A DNA stretch of 64,000 nucleotides, from the NCBI GenBank assembly GCA_039592335.1, contig JBDHBX010000001.1, positions 69,294-133,293 on the forward strand, written 5' to 3'. Of the stretch, positions 63,677 through 64,000 are shown piece by piece. Both the position numbers and the translations under genes were made by a program. This stretch comes from Gemmatimonadota bacterium. GTDB taxonomy: Bacteria; Gemmatimonadota; Gemmatimonadetes; Gemmatimonadales; GWC2-71-9. Every line of letters begins with the position of its first letter. Within the stretch, counting starts at the first letter, position 1. The notes under the pieces were generated by a model, which saw nothing but the letters and a program-made list of their open reading frames with translations, was not told the DNA's origin and did not search any database.

Positions 63677-64000
63677 CTAATTCACCCAGACCGCGCTGAT
63701 CGCAAAGCCCTTGAGCGGCGCGTCGCCAAATGCAACGCTCAACCGGGCGTCAAACTTCCGGGTCAGCTTGAAGTCGGCGCCCAGACCCAGGCCGAACGCG
63801 AAGTGGTCGCTGCCGGCCGTCACGATCAGCCCCACGGGCTCCACATACGGCACAATGCTCACGTCGGAGTCTTCCACGTTGAGCCGCCGCCCCAGCGAGA
63901 ACCCGATCGGGATGAGCGCAGTGCTGGTCCCGTTGAACCAGGCGCCGAGGCCGGTCACGACCGCGCCGTCGAGGGGGAAGTCCTCGGTGTGGGTGACGAC
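63677..64000 (-). CDS. Outer-membrane beta-barrel protein, related third copy (3' part; start beyond window)
   Basis: The frame stays open to position 64000. IPIGFSLGRRL..VSIVPYVEPVGLIV and FAFGLGLGADFKL parallel FPVGIGVALN..VSVEPWLGVRAHV and VGFGLSGGITLGL of paralogue 1. Ends ...AISAVWVN. Confidence 0.5.
   Translation of the reverse strand, partial: VVTHTEDFPLDGAVVTGLGAWFNGTSTALIPIGFSLGRRLNVEDSDVSIVPYVEPVGLIVTAGSDHFAFGLGLGADFKLTRKFDARLSVAFGDAPLKGFAISAVWVN

Overview
Very GC-rich bacterial chromosomal segment; third codon positions are almost all G/C. The gene content is diderm-type (waaA, beta-barrel OMPs, many lipoproteins). The proteins give me a Gemmatimonadota-like impression, but I cannot verify that here. 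I call about 58 protein genes. I saw no rRNA, tRNA, CRISPR array or IS element. All calls come from motif recognition in the translations; no database search was possible. Layout: (i) 1-14.5 kb is one long minus-strand array with overlapping stop/start codons. In order it holds a GrdB-family candidate selenoprotein (in-frame TGA), DmpA-type peptidase, aminotransferase, a small protein, amidohydrolase, NurA-like nuclease, HerA-like ATPase, two paralogous signal-peptide proteins, SbcD, SbcC and a GNAT. (ii) 14.6-22.4 kb holds a degenerate DEAD-box/DbpA-domain protein, HU, tdk, a coaE fusion, and gcvH-gcvP plus a LipM/LipL-like ligase. (iii) 22.5-29.5 kb holds an Opp/Dpp-type ABC importer and a sodium:solute symporter. 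(iv) 29.5-36 kb holds an FmdB zinc ribbon (missing from the ORF track), a PspA-like and a RemA-like gene, a hybrid histidine kinase and a GT2. (v) 36-43.9 kb holds thiO-lipA-pdhA-pdhB-E2-lpdA-TM protein-lipB. (vi) 43.9-64 kb holds peptidases with a PorV/FadL-like OMP, dnaE-accA-PSP1-metG, M23, DsbA, CPBP, waaA, a Bor-like lipoprotein and three tandem beta-barrel paralogues. Many long ORFs in the track are antisense or alternate-frame shadow ORFs typical of high-GC DNA. Several real genes start well inside the listed ORFs. The findings most worth follow-up are the UGA-recoded GrdB-like gene and the herA-nurA-sbcDC co-cluster with secreted paralogues embedded in it.
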